Part shown: in pieces, positions 32,331 through 34,452 of the stretch
How positions within the stretch are numbered: the first letter of the stretch is position 1
Layout of the letters: every line of letters begins with the position of its first letter
The notes under the pieces: generated by a model
Told to the model about the DNA's origin: nothing
Seen by the model: only the letters and a program-made list of their open reading frames with translations
Database searches by the model: none
Position numbers and translations under genes: made by a program
NCBI GenBank assembly: GCA_017959345.1
Contig: JAGDAW010000209.1
Location: 1 to 34,452, forward strand
DNA: 34,452 nucleotides
Reading direction: 5' to 3'
Origin: Lachnospiraceae bacterium
GTDB lineage: Bacteria > Bacillota > Clostridia > Lachnospirales > Lachnospiraceae

Positions 32331-33260
32331 TTACTCGAGATTGATCCGGGGATCCACGATCTTGTACATGATGTCCCCGATCAGGTTCATGATTACGATC
32401 AGCGCGGCCAGGATGATCGTCGTGCCCATAATCAGCGGGTAATCGCGGCCGGTAATGCTCTTCACGAACGCGCGGCCCACGCCGGAAACCGCGAAAATCT
32501 GCTCCACCACGAGCGAACCCGTCACGATATAGGCCAGCATCGGCCCGAAATAGGTGATGACGGGGATGAGGGAATTCTTCATCGCGTGGCCGAAAATGAT
32601 CCGGCCGCGGGAAACGCCTTTCGCCCTTGCGGTGCGGATATAGTCCTGCCCCAGCACGTCCAGCATGGAGGAACGCGTGAGACGGGTGATGTATGACATC
32701 GGATACAGCGACAATGTGATGACCGGGAGCACCAGTCCCTGCCACGTCTCCCCGTTCGCCGGGAACCATTGGAGCCGGAGGGAGAACAGGAGCAGGAGGA
32801 GCGTGCCCATGATAAAGGACGGCATGGACACGAACGCCGTCGTGATCACCATGATGACGCGGTCGATCAGCCTGTTCCGCCGCAGCGCGGCGATCGATCC
32901 CAGGACGATGCCGATGACCAGGGCGCCGAACGCCGCGATCACGCCGAGCTTCGCGGAAGTCGCCATGCCGTCGGTGATGATCGTCACCACGTCGCGCCCG
33001 CGCTGCTTGACGGACGGGCCGAAGTCGAACTTCGTGATGATATCGCCAAGGTATGTGACGTACTGTTCGAACAGGGGCTTGTCAAGGCCGTATTTCGCCT
33101 CCAGCGCCGCCTGCGCTTCGGGCGAGATCGCCTTCTCGCCGAGGAACGGCCCGCCGGGGACCGCATGCATGACAAAGAAGGTCACGGTGATCACGACCCA
33201 CACGGTCAGTACCGCCAGCCCGATCCTTTTCAGAATATACAGCAGGTTCTTTGTGTTCAT
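32331..33260 (-). CDS. Opp/Dpp-type ABC transporter permease (OppB-like), 309 aa
   Basis: MNTKNLLYILKRIGLAVLTVWVVITVTFFVMHAVPGGPF... and the EAA-like loop YIRTARAKGVSRGRIIFGHAMKNSLIPVIT. Confidence 0.9.
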   Translation of the reverse strand: MNTKNLLYILKRIGLAVLTVWVVITVTFFVMHAVPGGPFLGEKAISPEAQAALEAKYGLDKPLFEQYVTYLGDIITKFDFGPSVKQRGRDVVTIITDGMATSAKLGVIAAFGALVIGIVLGSIAALRRNRLIDRVIMVITTAFVSMPSFIMGTLLLLLFSLRLQWFPANGETWQGLVLPVITLSLYPMSYITRLTRSSMLDVLGQDYIRTARAKGVSRGRIIFGHAMKNSLIPVITYFGPMLAYIVTGSLVVEQIFAVSGVGRAFVKSITGRDYPLIMGTTIILAALIVIMNLIGDIMYKIVDPRINLE

Positions 33261-33392
33261 CCGCTGTCACCGCCTTTCTCCGGAGTTTGTGCCCGGGGCG
33301 CACTTGTAAAGCGTTCAAGCGCCTTCTTTAACGATTATTAGTGAAAAGTGTACCACAACCGCAATGATCCTGCAAGCATTTTCGGAAGTGTT

Positions 33393-34058
33393 TTATAACG
33401 AGTGTCCGATAGACGGGTCCGCGGTTTCGATCCCGATATCGACATTTGTGAGCGCGCCGACCCATTCGCCGGCCCTTCCCCTGAAGAACCCGGTCTTCAG
33501 GAACCCGACCGATACCGTCAGGTCGCTCTTCACCGCGAGCGCCCCTTCCCCGGTGTCCCCGTTCATCCCGCTGTTGATGTCCACGGAGATGACGAAGGGG
33601 CCCCCGGCCGCGCGGGCCCGGTTGATTTCCCGGATCGCCGAGGCGATGGGCTCCTCCGGCGTGCCGCGGAAACCGGTGCCGAGCATGCAGTCGACGAGGA
33701 TATCATAGGCGCCGAAGCGGACCTCGTCCGTGCCCCGGCGCAGTTCCCGGACGCCGCGCCGCACACAGCGTTCGTGGTAATAGCGCCCGTCCTCCGAGAA
33801 GCGGTCATACAGAAGGAGCAGGGTCACGTCCTCCCCTTTTTCCTGCAGGATTTCCGCCAGCGCGTACCCGTCCCCGCCGTTGTTGCCGCTGCCGCAGACG
33901 ACCAGCGTTTTTGCGCCTTTCCATCCGCCGTACGCGTCATAGACGCCCTGGGCCGCGCGCTTCATCAGCACTTTGGAGGGCGTCCCTTTTTCAATGGTAT
34001 ACCGGTCCGCGGCGCGCATCTCCGCCACAGTGAGGACTTTTACATTTTCCAGGTTCAT
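33393..34058 (-). CDS. nnrE: NAD(P)H-hydrate epimerase (YjeF N-terminal domain only), 221 aa
   Basis: LTVAEMRAADRYTIEKG...LMKRAAQGV...VVCGSGNNGGDGYALAEIL...DCMLGTGF...ISVDINSGMNGDTG. No C-terminal dehydratase domain is present. GGGAGGTGA RBS. Confidence 0.85.
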   Translation of the reverse strand: MNLENVKVLTVAEMRAADRYTIEKGTPSKVLMKRAAQGVYDAYGGWKGAKTLVVCGSGNNGGDGYALAEILQEKGEDVTLLLLYDRFSEDGRYYHERCVRRGVRELRRGTDEVRFGAYDILVDCMLGTGFRGTPEEPIASAIREINRARAAGGPFVISVDINSGMNGDTGEGALAVKSDLTVSVGFLKTGFFRGRAGEWVGALTNVDIGIETADPSIGHSL

Positions 34059-34126
34059 GCGTCACCTCCCGCAGGACGCCGCCGCACAGTTCCCGCCCGC
34101 GCAGCCGGCTTCCCGTATTGAGGGAC

Positions 34127-34155
34127 ATCTTAACACTTTCCGGGACACATTTCAA
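34127..34155 (-). promoter_or_regulatory. sigma-70-type promoter for nnrE (TTGAAA-17 nt-TAAGAT)
   Basis: -35 is the reverse complement of 34150-34155 and -10 the reverse complement of 34127-34132, spacing 17 nt. Confidence 0.5.
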
Positions 34156-34221
34156 GGAAAGCGGGCGGCTTTCCGGCCGGGACCGCCCGTACCGGCGTCC
34201 GAAAAACCGCGTCATTTTGGC

Positions 34222-34250
34222 TTGACGCGCTGTTTTGGACAGGCTATAAT
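34222..34250 (+). promoter_or_regulatory. near-consensus sigma-70 promoter (TTGACG-17 nt-TATAAT) for the flavodoxin-like gene
   Basis: -35 at 34222-34227 and -10 at 34245-34250, spacing 17 nt. A leader of about 120 nt follows before the GGAGG RBS. Confidence 0.6.
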
Positions 34251-34375
34251 GGGAAAACAGGCTTCCTTACAAATGTGAGCGCCCCTCCCTGCTTCCGAAG
34301 CGGGCATCCGGCAGGACGGTAAGGACGCCGGACCGGACGATCGAAAAAACAACCGATGAAGGAGGACATAGTATC

Positions 34376-34452
34376 ATGAAGAACGCCATCAGCTATTTCA
34401 CCAAGACCAAAAAGGGCAATACAAAAAAGCTCGCGGACGCCGTTGCCGTCGC
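34376..34452 (+). CDS. flavodoxin-like protein, first 25 codons only (runs off the right edge)
   Basis: My translation is MKNAISYFTKTKKGNTKKLADAVAV. The xxYxSxxGNTKKLAxAxA pattern is typical of flavodoxin-family N-termini. GAAGGAGG lies 8 nt upstream. The fragment is very short. Confidence 0.5.
   Translation, partial: MKNAISYFTKTKKGNTKKLADAVAV

Noticed and set aside
1-34452. Mobile elements, prophage, defence systems, biosynthetic clusters, tRNA/rRNA genes.
   Set aside because: I saw no transposase, integrase, recombinase, terminal inverted repeats, cas, restriction-modification, toxin-antitoxin or NRPS/PKS-like sequences, and no cloverleaf-like or rRNA-like segments in the intergenic regions. 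GC content looks uniform across the window by eye.

Overview
High-GC (roughly 60-65% by eye, not computed) chromosomal segment that looks like Firmicutes/Clostridia (GGAGG ribosome-binding sites, TTGACA-17-TATAAT promoters, lipobox lipoproteins). Coding is almost entirely on the minus strand. Left to right: rsmA (partial), pgi, a translationally coupled ybjQ/yczE-like pair, then an accessory glycoside-hydrolase locus of about 15 kb. That locus is a GH3b, repeat-lipoprotein, 4-TM protein, GH3a operon, plus a LytTR regulator, AgrC-like kinase, GH3c operon. After it come a yitT-family gene (+), fba, tkt, a membrane-anchored protein of unknown function (DUF5711-like), a GH2-like protein, a divergent SDR oxidoreductase (+), an Opp/Dpp-type ABC operon (permease, permease, ATPase, ATPase, binding protein), nnrE (epimerase domain only) and the start of a flavodoxin-like gene (+). 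I found no rRNA, tRNA, CRISPR, transposase, integrase, phage or recognisable defence genes. The long plus-strand ORFs in the track are antisense shadows of the real minus-strand genes. The most interesting observations are: (1) the family-5 substrate-binding lipoprotein appears cleanly circularly permuted relative to canonical OppA/DppA; (2) an AgrC/LytTR-type two-component system is translationally coupled to a membrane-anchored GH3 with no peptide-signal genes nearby; (3) three divergent GH3 paralogues all have the reversed domain order (sandwich, Fn3-like, TIM barrel); (4) two of them end in a shared PxWQ + TM + charged tail that resembles a sorting signal. All family calls come from motif recognition by eye; no HMM, BLAST or folding was run.
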